NCBI GenBank assembly: GCA_963663475.2
Contig: CAXXJV010000001.1
Span: 1,408,001 to 1,472,000 of the forward strand
From: Candidatus Cloacimonadales bacterium
Lineage (GTDB): Bacteria > Cloacimonadota > Cloacimonadia > Cloacimonadales > JAFGVF01
Reading direction: 5' to 3'
Length of the DNA: 64,000 nucleotides
The translations under genes and the position numbers were made by a program. The notes beneath the pieces are model-generated. The model was given only the letters and a program-made list of their open reading frames with translations, was not told where the DNA came from and did no database searches. Below are positions 1 to 11,051 of this stretch, in pieces; positions within the stretch are counted from its first letter, which is position 1, and each line of letters begins with the position of its first letter.

Positions 1-673
1 ATTGAAAATGAATGCAATAGCAGAAATCAGACATTGATATCTTTGCAATTAAGAAGGGCAAATTTCCCAATATTAAAGAATTTTGATGAGTTCGATTTTA
101 AATATCAGCATTCAGTAACTAAAAGAATGATAACAGAGTGGAAGGAGTTTAATTGGATCGATAACAGAGAAAACAAAATATTAATGGGACCTCCAGGGGT
201 TGGTAAGACGCATATATCTATTGCCTTGGGATATGAAGCTATTTTGAAAGGATACAAGGTAATATTTTACAATATGAATGAATTAATCGATGAAATGATT
301 ATAGCCAATAATGAAAATGATTTTAAAAAGTGGATATCTAAATTAGTAAAAAATGATTTAATCATTATTGATGAAATAGGATATTTACCTATTAAGGCAG
401 TTAATGCAAGTTTATTCTTTAAGCTTGTTAATGAACTTTATGAATTCAGATCAGTCATAATAACCTCAAACAGACTTTTTCAAGAATGGGGAGAATCTTT
501 TGGAGATAATGTTATCACTACAGCAATAGTCGACAGATTAGTCCATCATGCTGAAACTATCCTGATCGATGGAAATAGCTATCGAATGAAAGGAAAAATG
601 TAGAAAAAAAATGTTTACAACAGTGTACCAGTTATGACTTCCAAAAGTGTACCAGTTTAAACTTCCATTGACA
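1..673 (+). mobile_element. Right part of an IS21-family element
   Basis: istB ORF followed by tandem terminal repeats (GTGTACCAGTT..ACTTCCA twice, 623-667) ending in ...TTGACA at 673, typical of IS21 ends. Confidence 0.85.
34..603 (+). CDS. istB: IS21 helper ATPase IstB (5' end lies outside the window)
   Basis: Walker A GPPGVGKT, LIIIDEIGY, ITSN, AIVDRLVHH, GNSYR motifs. Confidence 0.92.
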   Translation: MISLQLRRANFPILKNFDEFDFKYQHSVTKRMITEWKEFNWIDNRENKILMGPPGVGKTHISIALGYEAILKGYKVIFYNMNELIDEMIIANNENDFKKWISKLVKNDLIIIDEIGYLPIKAVNASLFFKLVNELYEFRSVIITSNRLFQEWGESFGDNVITTAIVDRLVHHAETILIDGNSYRMKGKM

Positions 674-878
674 CCAATTAAGCGACTTCCGACAAGTTTG
701 CCCACGGCTGAGGAACTCGGTCTCCAATTCAGCCATTTCCGACAAGTTTCTTCGCCCGAAGTCCCTTGCCTAGGGCTGAGGAATTCCGGTCTCCAATTAA
801 GCGACTTCCGACAAGTTTTTTCTTTCTTTCTTTCGCCCGAAGTCCCTTGCCTAAGGCTGAGGAACTCAGGTCTCCCAC
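674..878. repeat. GC-rich tandem ~55-80 bp units (TTCGCCCGAAGTCCCTTGCCTAGGGCTGAGGAA..GGTCTCCAATTAAGCGACTTCCGACAAG)
   Basis: About 3 imperfect copies visible; same family recurs at 55740-55938. Confidence 0.8.
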
Positions 879-926
879 ATGGCAGTTTAAATAAGTCAAA
901 AATGGCATTTTAAAAGTGCCAAAACT

Positions 927-970
927 TGTCAAGTACCAATATAGTGGAAACCTTTTTTATGTATCCTGAG
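927..970 (-). mobile_element. Orphan right end of the IS3-family element found at 58385-59837
   Basis: TGTCAAGTACCAATATAGTGGAAACCTTTTTTATGTATCCTGAG is the reverse complement of 59794-59837 with one mismatch. Confidence 0.85.
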
Positions 971-984
971 GGGATAAGTCTTGA

Positions 985-1254
985 ATCCCCAAAAGGGGAT
1001 AAATAGTTTAGCCCAGGGTAAATTCCTGAAGGGAATGCAACCCTGGGTACTGGTGATGAAAAACAAAGCCTAACCCTGAAAGGGTTAAATAACATCATAT
1101 ATACCATAGACTTATTTTAATTCCAAATAATGCATTATTTATCATTTTATTAAACCCTTACAGGGTAATATCTTTGGGCTAGCCATCATAACCCAGGGTT
1201 GCGATACTTTCAGCATCTTACCCTGGGCTAAATTATTTTATCCCTTTCAGGGAT
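985..1254. repeat. REPIN-like non-autonomous element: two inverted REP-like arms with no transposase
   Basis: Arms (GGGATAAATAGTTTAGCCCAGGGTAA...GCAACCCTGGGTA, CCCTGAAAGGG hairpins) match those flanking the Y1 transposase at 55969-56719. Confidence 0.75.
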
Positions 1255-1579
1255 TTTTGATGAATCAATATTCTAATGAAACATTCTCATTCTCCTATAT
1301 TATTCCCACACCAGACTTGAACTTGAGCCTAATAAACACAAATTAACACTAATAATCAATATCTTAAAATCCTTAACATAGAGTTTTTAAGAGAAGGAAA
1401 AGAAGAAGGAAGTAAATTGCCACCGAAAACACTGAAAACACCGATATTAATGTCTCCCCGTCTTTGAGTAAAAGCTCTTTCATTTTTCACTTTTAGCGAA
1501 AAACTTTTTAAAAAAGTGACTATTTGAGGGAAAATGGACTCTATATATAAGTGAAGGGTATAAATATATTTTCAGGATT

Positions 1580-1745
1580 TAACCTCGATAATGCAGTAGC
1601 TTTTTGTTAATCGCTCAATATTATTCAGCAAAAGTAAGATCCATAATTTCTTCCAATATATATATTATATGCATTAAAATTCTATAACTATTTTTTCTAG
1701 AATAATCTGCACTCTTCATCAAAGTTCTACAGCATCTTAAGATTA
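1580..1745 (+). repeat. ~165 bp MITE-like repeat, degenerate copy
   Basis: TAACC..ATAATGCAGTAG...GCAAAAGTAAG..CATAATTT...TCTGCACTCTTCATCAAAGTTCTAC. Confidence 0.8.
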
Positions 1746-1883
1746 AAATACATAATGACCCAAAAAAAGTAACCGCCTTAGTAACAACATTTTAAGGCTT
1801 TAAGGTTTGGATGAAGTATGACTAAAATTCAACTAGGCTAGCAGTCTATATATCCTTTTTTAGGAGTAAAAGCAAAAAAAATA

Positions 1884-1910
1884 TTAGCAAACGAACTTTT
1901 TGTTTGACAG
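1884..1910 (+). promoter_or_regulatory. Degenerate CIRCE-like site overlapping a TTGACA -35 box
   Basis: TTAGCAAAC-N9-GTTTGACAG upstream of hrcA. Confidence 0.5.
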
Positions 1911-1939
1911 TTTTTATAAATAAATTATTTTGTCATTAA

Positions 1940-1966
1940 TTAGCAGATAATTAAAAGGATTGCTAA
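1940..1966 (+). promoter_or_regulatory. CIRCE-like HrcA operator
   Basis: TTAGCAGAT-N9-GATTGCTAA, 27 bp geometry, immediately before the hrcA RBS. Confidence 0.75.
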
Positions 1967-1975
1967 AGAGGTGAT

Positions 1976-3025
1976 ATGAAAAAAAATGAAATAAGATTGA
2001 ATGTTACTTTAAAGAACCTGATAGATGAATATATCTTGAATAACGAAGAGATATCTTCAAGAATCTTGTTTGAGAAGTATATGAATAATGTTAGCTCAGC
2101 CACTTTAAGAATTGATTTAAATAAATTAGAGCAATGTGGCTATATATGGCAACCTCATACTTCCGCTGGGAGGATTCCGACAGTGAAAGGATTCAAGAAG
2201 TATGTTGAGATGCTTGGAGATGATTTATCAGAGATAGCTTATCCTAGGTTAGAAAATTTAAGGGAGCTTTTAATAAATAATTATAAAGATACTCCTTTAG
2301 GCCTTCATTATATAATTCAGATCTTAGCACAGGAATCAGATCAACTTTCTTTCGTAGCAGAACCTGAAATATCAAATGGAACACTTTCCAACATCGAAGT
2401 CTTTAATATAGGCAAGAATAAATTATTATTTGTTGTTAGTTTAGATTCTGGTATGGATAAAACAGTAATTTTAAACTGTAAATATGACATCAATGAGCAA
2501 CAGCTAAAGAAGTTAGTCAAATATGTGAGAGATGAGTATTTAGGTTTAAGAATCTATGATATCATAAATAAATACTTATCTGAAATGTTAGAAGAGAAAG
2601 ATGAACCAGCTAGTTTATTAAATCTTTTCTTAACTGAGCTTCATAAAGCATTAGTTGAAATAAGTGGTTATTTCATTCATTTCGATGGCAACATGGCCTT
2701 TATAGAACAGCCTGAATTTGATAGTAAGGAGAATATTATGAAGTTTTTCAATATTATTCAAAGACAGGATTTATTAATTAATACAATGCAAGAAAATGAT
2801 GATAATAATGAATATGAAGTTTTAATGGGAGATTCTTTAAACGATGGATTATGGCATGAGTTTGTTTTAATCTATGCTAAATATGAACTCTTTGATATTC
2901 CTGGATATTTAGGAATAATAAGTCCACTCCGAAATGATTATAGAAAGAACATTTCTATGGTTAGAGATATTGCTAAAACTATTACAGAGACTACTAGGAG
3001 AGGTAGGATTGTACCGAAGTTTTAA
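1976..3025 (+). CDS. hrcA: Heat-inducible transcription repressor HrcA
   Basis: VSSATLR..L..LE..GY..QPHTSAGRIPT motif; first gene of the dnaK operon. Confidence 0.95.
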   Translation: MKKNEIRLNVTLKNLIDEYILNNEEISSRILFEKYMNNVSSATLRIDLNKLEQCGYIWQPHTSAGRIPTVKGFKKYVEMLGDDLSEIAYPRLENLRELLINNYKDTPLGLHYIIQILAQESDQLSFVAEPEISNGTLSNIEVFNIGKNKLLFVVSLDSGMDKTVILNCKYDINEQQLKKLVKYVRDEYLGLRIYDIINKYLSEMLEEKDEPASLLNLFLTELHKALVEISGYFIHFDGNMAFIEQPEFDSKENIMKFFNIIQRQDLLINTMQENDDNNEYEVLMGDSLNDGLWHEFVLIYAKYELFDIPGYLGIISPLRNDYRKNISMVRDIAKTITETTRRGRIVPKF

Positions 3026-3109
3026 CCCATGTAATGTTTTAGAAACTTATAAAGGGTAGAATATTCTTCAGTAAAATAATTTTAATAATATTGATTAAGG
3101 AGAAAAGAG

Positions 3110-3760
3110 ATGGCAAAAAAGAAAGTTAAGAAAAAGAAAGAAGATAAAAAAATAATAAATAAGGATAGAGAAGCTAAAATGGTGGATGAAAAAGAGAAAA
3201 AGGCTAAAGATTTAGATTCTCAAATTGAGGATCAGGAAATCAGAGAAGAACAAGAACCTGAAGAAGTTGATAGGGAAAAACAGCTTGAAGATGATATAGC
3301 TCATTGGAAAGATAAATATGTTAGATCTATGGCTGAGTTTGAAAACTATCGCAAAAGAACCTTAAAAGAGAAATCAGATTGGATTAAGAGTTCAAATGAA
3401 AGTATCTTATTATCAATATGTGATATTATGGATAACTTTGAAAGAGCAATGAGTCAGATGAAAGAAAATCATCAAGATGATCCATTTATAAAAGGAATTA
3501 TCCAGATAAAGCAACAGTTAGATAATCTTTTAGAAAAAGAACATGTTCAAAAGATTGAAACTGAAGGAAAGGATTTTAATCCTGCTTTACATGAAGCACT
3601 TGCACACATTCCTTCAGATTTAGAAGAAGATAAAATTGTAGCAGTTATTCAAAATGGCTACAAATTATATGATAAAGTTATAAGAACAGCAAGAGTAGCT
3701 GTTTCCAATGGACAAACAGTCCAAGCCCAAAACCCAGAAAATAATAAAAATAATGAATAA
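3110..3760 (+). CDS. grpE: Nucleotide exchange factor GrpE
   Basis: AEFENYRKR, FNPALHEA, GYKLYDKVIRTARVAV. Confidence 0.96.
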   Translation: MAKKKVKKKKEDKKIINKDREAKMVDEKEKKAKDLDSQIEDQEIREEQEPEEVDREKQLEDDIAHWKDKYVRSMAEFENYRKRTLKEKSDWIKSSNESILLSICDIMDNFERAMSQMKENHQDDPFIKGIIQIKQQLDNLLEKEHVQKIETEGKDFNPALHEALAHIPSDLEEDKIVAVIQNGYKLYDKVIRTARVAVSNGQTVQAQNPENNKNNE

Positions 3761-3773
3761 ATGGAGGTAGAAA

Positions 3774-5732
3774 ATGGGAAAAATAATAGGAATAGATTTA
3801 GGAACAACTAATTCATGTGTTGCAGTTGTTGAAGGTGGAAAACCAGTAGTTATTACAAATGCTGAAGGTTCAAGAACAACTCCTTCAGTAGTTGGTTTTA
3901 CTAAAGATGGAAACAGAGTAATAGGTAAGTTAGCTAAAAACCAAGCAATTACAAATCCGCATAACACTGTTTATTCAATCAAGAGATTCATGGGTAGAGG
4001 ATTTGATGAAGTTTCAAATGAAATTGCCCAAGTTCCTTATAAAGTAAAATCTGGAGTTAGAAATCAAGCTGCTGTACATGTAGATGTAGAGAATAAAGAT
4101 TTTACACCTCAAGAAATTTCTGCCTTAATCTTAACTAAAATGAAAGAAACTGCTGAAGAATATCTAGGTGAGAAAATTACTGAAGCAGTAGTAACAGTAC
4201 CTGCTTATTTCAATGATGCCCAACGTCAAGCAACGAAAGATGCAGGTAAGATTGCTGGATTAGATGTAAAGAGAATTATCAATGAACCTACTGCTGCAGC
4301 TTTAGCTTATGGTGTAGAAAATAAAAAAGAACAGAAAATTGCTGTATATGACCTTGGTGGCGGTACCTTCGATATTTCTATTTTAGATATTTCAGATGGT
4401 GTTGTAGAAGTTCTTTCAACTAATGGTGATACTCATCTTGGTGGAGATGATTTTGATAAAAGAGTAATTGACTGGATGCTTTCAGAATTCAAGAAACAAG
4501 AAGGCATTGATTTAGCAAGTGACGCAATGGCTATGCAAAGATTGAAAGAAGCTGCAGAAAAAGCAAAGATTGAATTATCAGGAACTCAATCAACTAATAT
4601 TAATCTTCCATTTATCACAGCTGATGCTTCTGGTCCTAAGCACTTGAATCTAAACTTAAGTAGAAGCGAGTTTAATAGATTAGTGTCTGATCTTGTTGAT
4701 AGATCACTTGAGCCTTGTAAAAAAGCTATGAAAGATGCAGGTATTTCAATTAGTGAAGTAAATGAAGTTCTTTTAGTTGGTGGATCAACTCGTATTCCAG
4801 CAGTGCAAGAAGCTGTTGAAGGATATTTTGGAAAGAAAGCTAACAAAAGTGTTAATCCAGATGAAGTTGTAGCTATTGGTGCTGCTATTCAAGGTGGTAT
4901 CCTTGGTGGTGACTCTAATATGAATGATGTGCTTCTTCTTGATGTAACTCCACTTTCTTTAGGTATTGAAACTCTAGGTGGAATCTCAACAGTTCTTATC
5001 CCTAGAAATACTACTATCCCAACCAAGAAAAGTCAAGTATTCTCAACTGCAGTAGATAATCAACCTGCTGTTGACATCAGAGTTCTTCAAGGTGAAAGAA
5101 AGATGGCTAATGATAATAAGGTACTTGGTAATTTCCAATTGGTAGGTATTGCACCTGCTCCACGTGGAGTACCTCAAATCGAAGTTACCTTCGATATTGA
5201 TGCTAATGGAATCATTAATGTAACTGCTGCTGATAAGGGTACAGGTAAAAAACATTCAATAAAGATTGACAGAGCAGGTACTCTTTCAGAAGATGATATC
5301 GAAAAAATGGTTAAAGATGCAGAGTTACACGCTGATGAAGATAAAAAGAAAGCTGAAAAAATTGTTGCCCGCAATGAATTAGATTCTGTTATCTTCTCAA
5401 CTGAAAAAGCTATCAAAGATTATGGTGACAAAGTTTCTCCTGAAGATAAGAAACAAGCTGAAGATGCCGTAGCAGAAGCTAAAAAGGTACATGATAATGC
5501 AGACTTATCAGTTGAGGACTATACTAAAGCTAAAGAAGAATTAGCTCAAAAAGCTCAAAAGATAGGTGAAGCAATGTATGCTGATATGCAACAACAGCAA
5601 GGTGGACAAGGTGGAGTAAACCCTGAAGATTTCGCCCAACAACAACAGCAACAACAAGCTGATCAATCTGAAAAAGATGGACCTATGGATGCTGAATATG
5701 AAGTTGTTGATGACGACGAAGATGATAAATAA
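3774..5732 (+). CDS. dnaK: Chaperone DnaK
   Basis: [35 protein letters not shown]. Confidence 0.99.
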   Translation: MGKIIGIDLGTTNSCVAVVEGGKPVVITNAEGSRTTPSVVGFTKDGNRVIGKLAKNQAITNPHNTVYSIKRFMGRGFDEVSNEIAQVPYKVKSGVRNQAAVHVDVENKDFTPQEISALILTKMKETAEEYLGEKITEAVVTVPAYFNDAQRQATKDAGKIAGLDVKRIINEPTAAALAYGVENKKEQKIAVYDLGGGTFDISILDISDGVVEVLSTNGDTHLGGDDFDKRVIDWMLSEFKKQEGIDLASDAMAMQRLKEAAEKAKIELSGTQSTNINLPFITADASGPKHLNLNLSRSEFNRLVSDLVDRSLEPCKKAMKDAGISISEVNEVLLVGGSTRIPAVQEAVEGYFGKKANKSVNPDEVVAIGAAIQGGILGGDSNMNDVLLLDVTPLSLGIETLGGISTVLIPRNTTIPTKKSQVFSTAVDNQPAVDIRVLQGERKMANDNKVLGNFQLVGIAPAPRGVPQIEVTFDIDANGIINVTAADKGTGKKHSIKIDRAGTLSEDDIEKMVKDAELHADEDKKKAEKIVARNELDSVIFSTEKAIKDYGDKVSPEDKKQAEDAVAEAKKVHDNADLSVEDYTKAKEELAQKAQKIGEAMYADMQQQQGGQGGVNPEDFAQQQQQQQADQSEKDGPMDAEYEVVDDDEDDK

Positions 5733-5749
5733 ATAAATTATAGATTATT

Positions 5750-5782
5750 TCAGAGAAGGGTCTTATGATCCTTCTCTGATTT
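5750..5782 (+). terminator. Hairpin after dnaK
   Basis: TCAGAGAAGGGTC-TTAT-GATCCTTCTCTGA. Confidence 0.55.
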
Positions 5783-5965
5783 CAACAAATCATTAATGAT
5801 GAATAATGATAAGAAAATTGATGGTTTGTTTATCAATATTCATTAAACCAAGAAAAGACTGTAGTCCTTTGAGAACAGCAGAAGATTCTTACTTGTATTG
5901 GTGTAATTAAAAAGTAGGTTCTTAAAGGTACTATAAGTTAATTTAGGTTAAAAAAGTGAGGAAAG

Positions 5966-7126
5966 ATGGCAAAAAGAGATTATTATGAAGTTCTGGGAGT
6001 GGAAAAAAATGCTTCCGATTCTGAGATAAAAAAAGCTTATAGAAAATTAGCAATGAAATACCATCCTGATAAAGCAGGAGACGATAAAGAAGCAGAAGAA
6101 AAATTTAAAGAGGCCTCAGAAGCTTATGAGGTGCTAAGTGATAAAGATAAGAAAGCAAGGTATGATCAATATGGTCATGCAGGGCTAGAAGGAGCCTTTG
6201 GTCAAGGTGGTTTCTCTTGGAGTGATTTTACTCATGCTAGTGATTTCTCTGATTTATTTGGAGAAGGTGGATTCTCTAGTATCTTCGAACAATTCTTTGG
6301 AGGTTTCGGAGGTGGTAGCGGAAGAAGCAGAAGTCAGAGAAGAAATAGGGGTGAAGATCTCCAACTAGAAATTTCCATATCCTTAAAAGAAGTTAATGAT
6401 GGTGCTGAAAAAAAATTAAAAATAAAAATAAAAGATACTTGTGATAGCTGTAATGGTTCAGGTTCAGCAGATGGTTCATCTGAAACTTGTCCACAATGTA
6501 ATGGCCAAGGTCAAGTAAGACAGGTAAGGCAATCACTTTTTGGTCAAATCCAAACTGTGGGAGAGTGTCCTACTTGCCATGGAAAAGGTAAAATAATCAA
6601 GAACAAGTGTAGTAAATGTAATGGATCAGGTAGAGTTGATACATTTAAAGAGATTAAGATAAAAATACCTGCTGGAATTGATGACGGACAATATTTCCGT
6701 CTAAGAGGTCAAGGTAATGTTGGACTAAACAATGGGGAAAGAGGTGATATAATAGTTTTAGTACATGTCAAGGAACATGACCTGTTCGAGCGTGAAGGAG
6801 CAAACCTAATACTTGAATACCCAATATCTTTCTCACAAGCTGCTCTTGGTGATGAAGTGAAAGTTCCAACTATCAATGGAAAAATTAAACTTAAAGTACC
6901 TGAAGGTACTCAATCTGGAAAGGTATTGAGATTACGTGGACAGGGATTACCTCATGTTAATTCTACCTATAAAGGTGATTTGTATATTAAATTGATGGTA
7001 ATTACCCCTACCAAACTTTCCTCAAAGGAAAGAGAATTACTCAAAGAACTACAAGCTTTCGATAGTGAAAAAAAACTTAAACCAGGGAAAGGCTTCTTTG
7101 ATAAACTAAAAGAATTCTTATTCTAG
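5966..7126 (+). CDS. dnaJ: Chaperone DnaJ
   Basis: J domain with HPD, G/F-rich region, four CxxCxGxG repeats. Confidence 0.99.
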   Translation: MAKRDYYEVLGVEKNASDSEIKKAYRKLAMKYHPDKAGDDKEAEEKFKEASEAYEVLSDKDKKARYDQYGHAGLEGAFGQGGFSWSDFTHASDFSDLFGEGGFSSIFEQFFGGFGGGSGRSRSQRRNRGEDLQLEISISLKEVNDGAEKKLKIKIKDTCDSCNGSGSADGSSETCPQCNGQGQVRQVRQSLFGQIQTVGECPTCHGKGKIIKNKCSKCNGSGRVDTFKEIKIKIPAGIDDGQYFRLRGQGNVGLNNGERGDIIVLVHVKEHDLFEREGANLILEYPISFSQAALGDEVKVPTINGKIKLKVPEGTQSGKVLRLRGQGLPHVNSTYKGDLYIKLMVITPTKLSSKERELLKELQAFDSEKKLKPGKGFFDKLKEFLF

Positions 7127-7138
7127 TAATAATTTGAT

Positions 7139-7177
7139 ACCCTTGCCCAGTTCTTATATTGGCAAGGGTCTCTTTTT
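7139..7177 (+). terminator. Intrinsic terminator after dnaJ
   Basis: ACCCTTGCC...GGCAAGGGT followed by a T tract. Confidence 0.65.
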
Positions 7178-7198
7178 CAAACAAGCTAAGGATATATT

Positions 7199-7915
7199 AT
7201 GCCATGTTTTTATGCAGCCAACTTAACCAAGCAAAGCAAGCTGATTGAAATATCTGCCTCTGAACACCACCATATTACAAGAGTATTTAGATTTACTGAA
7301 GGTAAAGAAATTTTCCTTAATTCTGGTAAAGGTGTTTATGCAAAAGCTCTGATAAAAGAGATAAGTAAAAAACATTTGACTTGTCAGATCTTAGATTTTA
7401 TTCCTAAAGAAAAATATCAGCCGGATATTGCTCTTGCTTTCTCTCTACTTAGAAATAAAAATGACCATCTGCTTGTGGAAAAGCTTACTGAGCTGGGAGT
7501 GGCTGAATTATTCCCCTTTGAATCAGATTATTCTGTTAGAAAGGCATCCAATAATACAATTGAAAAGTTCAATATAAGTGCAATTGAAGCAATAAAACAG
7601 TGTGATAATGGATATTTACCTCTGATCAATCAAGTTAAGAAGCTGAAAAATCAGATTGAAGAAATTCAAAATAAAGGTTATGAAATTCTAATTGCTTCTG
7701 AAAAAGAAAAAAAAATTAGCCTAAAAGATATAGTGACAAAAGAGAATCTAAAACCTATCTGCATTCTTATCGGGCCAGAAGGTGGCTTTTCTCAAGAAGA
7801 ATTTGACTATTTTGCTGAAAAGAACTTCAAACAATACAAGCTAGGGTTAAATATTTTAAGGGCTGAAACTGCAGGAATTTGTGCTGTTTCACAAGTAATC
7901 AATATATTACTTTAA
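7199..7915 (+). CDS. rsmE: 16S rRNA m3U1498 methyltransferase
   Basis: EKLTELGV, IGPEGGFS, LG.NILRAETA. Confidence 0.95.
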   Translation: MPCFYAANLTKQSKLIEISASEHHHITRVFRFTEGKEIFLNSGKGVYAKALIKEISKKHLTCQILDFIPKEKYQPDIALAFSLLRNKNDHLLVEKLTELGVAELFPFESDYSVRKASNNTIEKFNISAIEAIKQCDNGYLPLINQVKKLKNQIEEIQNKGYEILIASEKEKKISLKDIVTKENLKPICILIGPEGGFSQEEFDYFAEKNFKQYKLGLNILRAETAGICAVSQVINILL

Positions 7916-8542
7916 GGTATTTAAGTTTCTTACTTTTCCTAAAAGGGCAGCTAGTGTGGGGTAGATGTCCATATTCTCAACTACTACATTATCTGGTACT
8001 TCCAGCTTTTTAGGAGTAAAATTCCAGATTCCTTGAATTCCTGCTGCTATCATTTCGTTAGTTAGTTTTTGTGAATTTTTGGCTGGAGTAGTTAAGATTG
8101 CTATCTTAACTTCTAAAATTTCTATTACATCTTTCAGTTTTTCAATTGGATAGATTTTTATATTGTTAATTCGCTTATCTACCTTCTCTGGGTCATTATC
8201 AAAGGCAGCTACTATTTGCAGGCCAGATTGGGCAAAACCTTCATAATTTAATAAGGCATTTCCCATGTTTCCAACACCTACTAAGCAGGCATCTGTAAGA
8301 TTATCCCAATCAAGAAACTCTATACAAGCTTTAAGCAATGAATCAACTTGATGTCCGCGTTTAGGAATACCACGAACTCCTGTTAATGCTAGATCTTTTC
8401 TTATCTGGGTATGATGAATATCTAAAAAACGAGATAACTCTGATGCAGAAGTATATTCTTGACCTTTTCTCTGCATGGAGCGTAATATATATATATATTT
8501 TGGAAATCTTCTTAATGTTAAATCTGAAATTTCTTGAGACAT
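7907..8542 (-). CDS. rex: Redox-sensing repressor Rex
   Basis: TLRRFPKY..., QIRKDL, GVGNMG Rossmann motif, GIWNFTP. Confidence 0.92.
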   Translation of the reverse strand: MSQEISDLTLRRFPKYIYILRSMQRKGQEYTSASELSRFLDIHHTQIRKDLALTGVRGIPKRGHQVDSLLKACIEFLDWDNLTDACLVGVGNMGNALLNYEGFAQSGLQIVAAFDNDPEKVDKRINNIKIYPIEKLKDVIEILEVKIAILTTPAKNSQKLTNEMIAAGIQGIWNFTPKKLEVPDNVVVENMDIYPTLAALLGKVRNLNTLK

Positions 8543-8763
8543 AAGTTGAGTACTCCTTTTGTTAATTATAAGAATTATATATCGATATTATATGTCAAGA
8601 ACTTTTTTAAACTTTTACTCAAAGAATAATCACTCTTGTCTTTAGTTCTACTGATTATTTATCACAAATAGCCTAGTAGACCGTTAATGAATAGTGCTGA
8701 AGAAGATGTAGCTATTTTCAAAGACCTACTGAATTATTTGGACTGATATAGAAACTAAGATAA

Positions 8764-8791
8764 AAACCTATATGCCAAAATGGCATATAGG
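8764..8791 (-). terminator. Terminator after the ADH gene
   Basis: ACCTATATGCC-AAAAT-GGCATATAGGT with adjacent A tract. Confidence 0.65.
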
Positions 8792-8817
8792 TAACTAACA
8801 AGAGAGATTTATTCGAA

Positions 8818-10029
8818 TTAACTCATTGGAGATAAACTTTTACGATATATATCTCTGATTATATCGTCGCTTGCTTCAATAGGAGCAATAGCGATTAATC
8901 CACCCAATGAAGGAGTTTCTTTTACTAATTGAACAAGTTTATCAAGATTATCTTCACTAAAGCCTTCATCAGAAAGTTTTTGAGTTACTCCCATTGAGAA
9001 TAACCATTCTTCAACACCTTTGGCTAATTCATGAGCTTCCTCAGCTTTACCTTCTAAGTTTGGAACAATAGGCCTATATATATCAGCTAAGACTTCTGGG
9101 CATGCTGGATAAATTGTTTCCAAAACTGCTGGAAGTATCATTGCTAAGCCTAAGCCATGAGCTAAGTCTGGTTTTAAGGCACTTAGTGGGTGTTCAAGCG
9201 CATGGGTAAAGTGGAGTAAACCATTATCAAAAGATATTCCGCCTAAAGCTGAAGCATAAGTTAAGAAATAACGAGCTTCCATATTAGTAAGATCTTCTTT
9301 TATAACAGGAAGGTATTTATGAACTAATCTAATTGTTTCTTGTGCAGTTAAAATTGAGTATGGACTTGCAACTTTTGTAGTAGCAGATTCTGTTACGTGA
9401 TTAAGTGCATCAATGGAAACATAGAGAGTTTGATGAAGTGGTAAATCTTTCATTAAACCTGGATCATCAATAGCCCAAGTTGGATAAATACAATCGTAAG
9501 CTATTGCTGGCTTATAGTCTTTAGCAGTGATAGTAACAACAGCAAATCTGTTTACTTCTGTACCAGTTCCATGGGTTGTGTTTATTGCTAAAATTGGAGC
9601 AGCTTTACTTGGTGTAAATACTGCTTCATATAGCTCAGCACAGGTGTTTGAAGGATATTCCATCATAATTGCTACACTTTTAGCTGTATCAATTGGAGAA
9701 CCACCACCAATACCTATCACAGCTTGTGCACCGAAATCTAAGGCTAGTTTTGTTGCTTCATCTACAGCTGTATCTGTTGGGTTAGGAGTGACTTTAGCGA
9801 AATTAATATATTCAATGTTATGTTCTTTTAATGACTTTTCAATAACATCCCAAGCTCCACAAGTTTTGTATGAGCTTCTACCTGAAATTACGATAACTTT
9901 ATTAATTCCTCTAGCTATCATTTCATCTGCAATAGTGTCAATTTTGTTAATAGCTCCAACACCAAAATAGTCTTTAACGGCTGTTCTGAGTTCAAACACG
10001 GCATTGATATCAGTCTTTTTTTCGTACAT
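8818..10029 (-). CDS. Iron-containing alcohol dehydrogenase
   Basis: GGGSPIDTAK, TTHGTGTE, DALNH, H..EH....HG iron ligands. Confidence 0.92.
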   Translation of the reverse strand: MYEKKTDINAVFELRTAVKDYFGVGAINKIDTIADEMIARGINKVIVISGRSSYKTCGAWDVIEKSLKEHNIEYINFAKVTPNPTDTAVDEATKLALDFGAQAVIGIGGGSPIDTAKSVAIMMEYPSNTCAELYEAVFTPSKAAPILAINTTHGTGTEVNRFAVVTITAKDYKPAIAYDCIYPTWAIDDPGLMKDLPLHQTLYVSIDALNHVTESATTKVASPYSILTAQETIRLVHKYLPVIKEDLTNMEARYFLTYASALGGISFDNGLLHFTHALEHPLSALKPDLAHGLGLAMILPAVLETIYPACPEVLADIYRPIVPNLEGKAEEAHELAKGVEEWLFSMGVTQKLSDEGFSEDNLDKLVQLVKETPSLGGLIAIAPIEASDDIIRDIYRKSLSPMS

Positions 10030-10283
10030 TTTGCACTCCTTTTTATCTTTTAATATTATTTAATCAATATCTATATATCGAAAAAACTAAGTTATAGAAT
10101 TTCTGTCAAGAAAAATAATTGCATAAAATACATTTATTTAAGGGGATATATCAGAAAAGCTTTAGTTAAGCACTTTCATAAGATAAATATAAAAGAATAA
10201 TTATATATCGATATAAGAATATGAGTTAGTAAATACAGTAAATAATCTATTGACTAATTAAAATCAGATAATATTTTGATAAA

Positions 10284-11051
10284 ATGAAAATAAATTATTT
10301 AGATGAGTATATTAATATAAGAGTAGATGAGCTAGAAATCCCTATTCAAATCAAGAGGTTTTCTTCTTCTAGAGGGTTAAAAATCCTAGGTAAGGGTAAG
10401 AATATCAGAGTTACTGTACCGATGAATTTATCTCAGGCGAGGATTGCTGAAATACTAAGACCTTACTTCGGACATATAAAAAAACTGTATATTGAAGGTT
10501 TAGCTCAAGAGAGTCAGCTTGAAGACAAGAAGAAAAATCTTGATTTAAAGGTATATCTAGAAGGGATAATAGTACCACTTCGTTATCTTAATGATGAAAG
10601 GCAAAGTCCAGGACTTCTTTTTGATGAAGATTGTCTTAATATTAATCTAGGGCCTGAAGCTTTAAATTATGAAAATGTTTATTATTATTTAGACAAGTTA
10701 TTTGAAGTTTTAGCTAAGCAATACTTAACAGAGTCTTTTGATGAGATGTTAGAGTTTTTTTCATTAGCAGAAAAACCTAAGCTCATTCTGAAAAAGCTGA
10801 AGACACAGTGGGGAAACTGCAAGAAATCTGCAAGTAGGATAGTTTTAAATTCACATTTGATTAAAATACCTCCGACTTTAAGAGATTATGTAATATTTCA
10901 TGAGATAAGTCATTTAATCCATGCAAACCATGGTCCTGGATTTTATCAGATTATAAATAGTGTTTTTCCTAATAGGGAAGAACTTGATCAAGAGTTAAAA
11001 AAATGGGCTTTTGTCTTAAGAGATAATTATGTAGAGGAGTATTTAGGATGA
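10284..11051 (+). CDS. YgjP/DUF45-like zinc metallopeptidase
   Basis: QWGNC, DYVIFHEISHL.H.NHG..FY. Confidence 0.85.
   Translation: MKINYLDEYINIRVDELEIPIQIKRFSSSRGLKILGKGKNIRVTVPMNLSQARIAEILRPYFGHIKKLYIEGLAQESQLEDKKKNLDLKVYLEGIIVPLRYLNDERQSPGLLFDEDCLNINLGPEALNYENVYYYLDKLFEVLAKQYLTESFDEMLEFFSLAEKPKLILKKLKTQWGNCKKSASRIVLNSHLIKIPPTLRDYVIFHEISHLIHANHGPGFYQIINSVFPNREELDQELKKWAFVLRDNYVEEYLG

Noticed and set aside
674-878. Possible CRISPR array (also 55740-55938)
   Set aside because: No unique spacers of constant length, the repeats are degenerate, and no cas genes are in the window
647-1107. Short ORFs 647-913, 729-932 and 910-1107
   Set aside because: They are translations of IS ends, tandem repeats and REP arms
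5590-5660. CAA/CAG repeats in the dnaK 3' end as a contingency locus
   Set aside because: An in-frame low-complexity Gln tail, common in DnaK
5780-5960. Structured ncRNA between dnaK and dnaJ
   Set aside because: The pairing is partly explained by a decayed MITE end, and no known RNA motif was recognised
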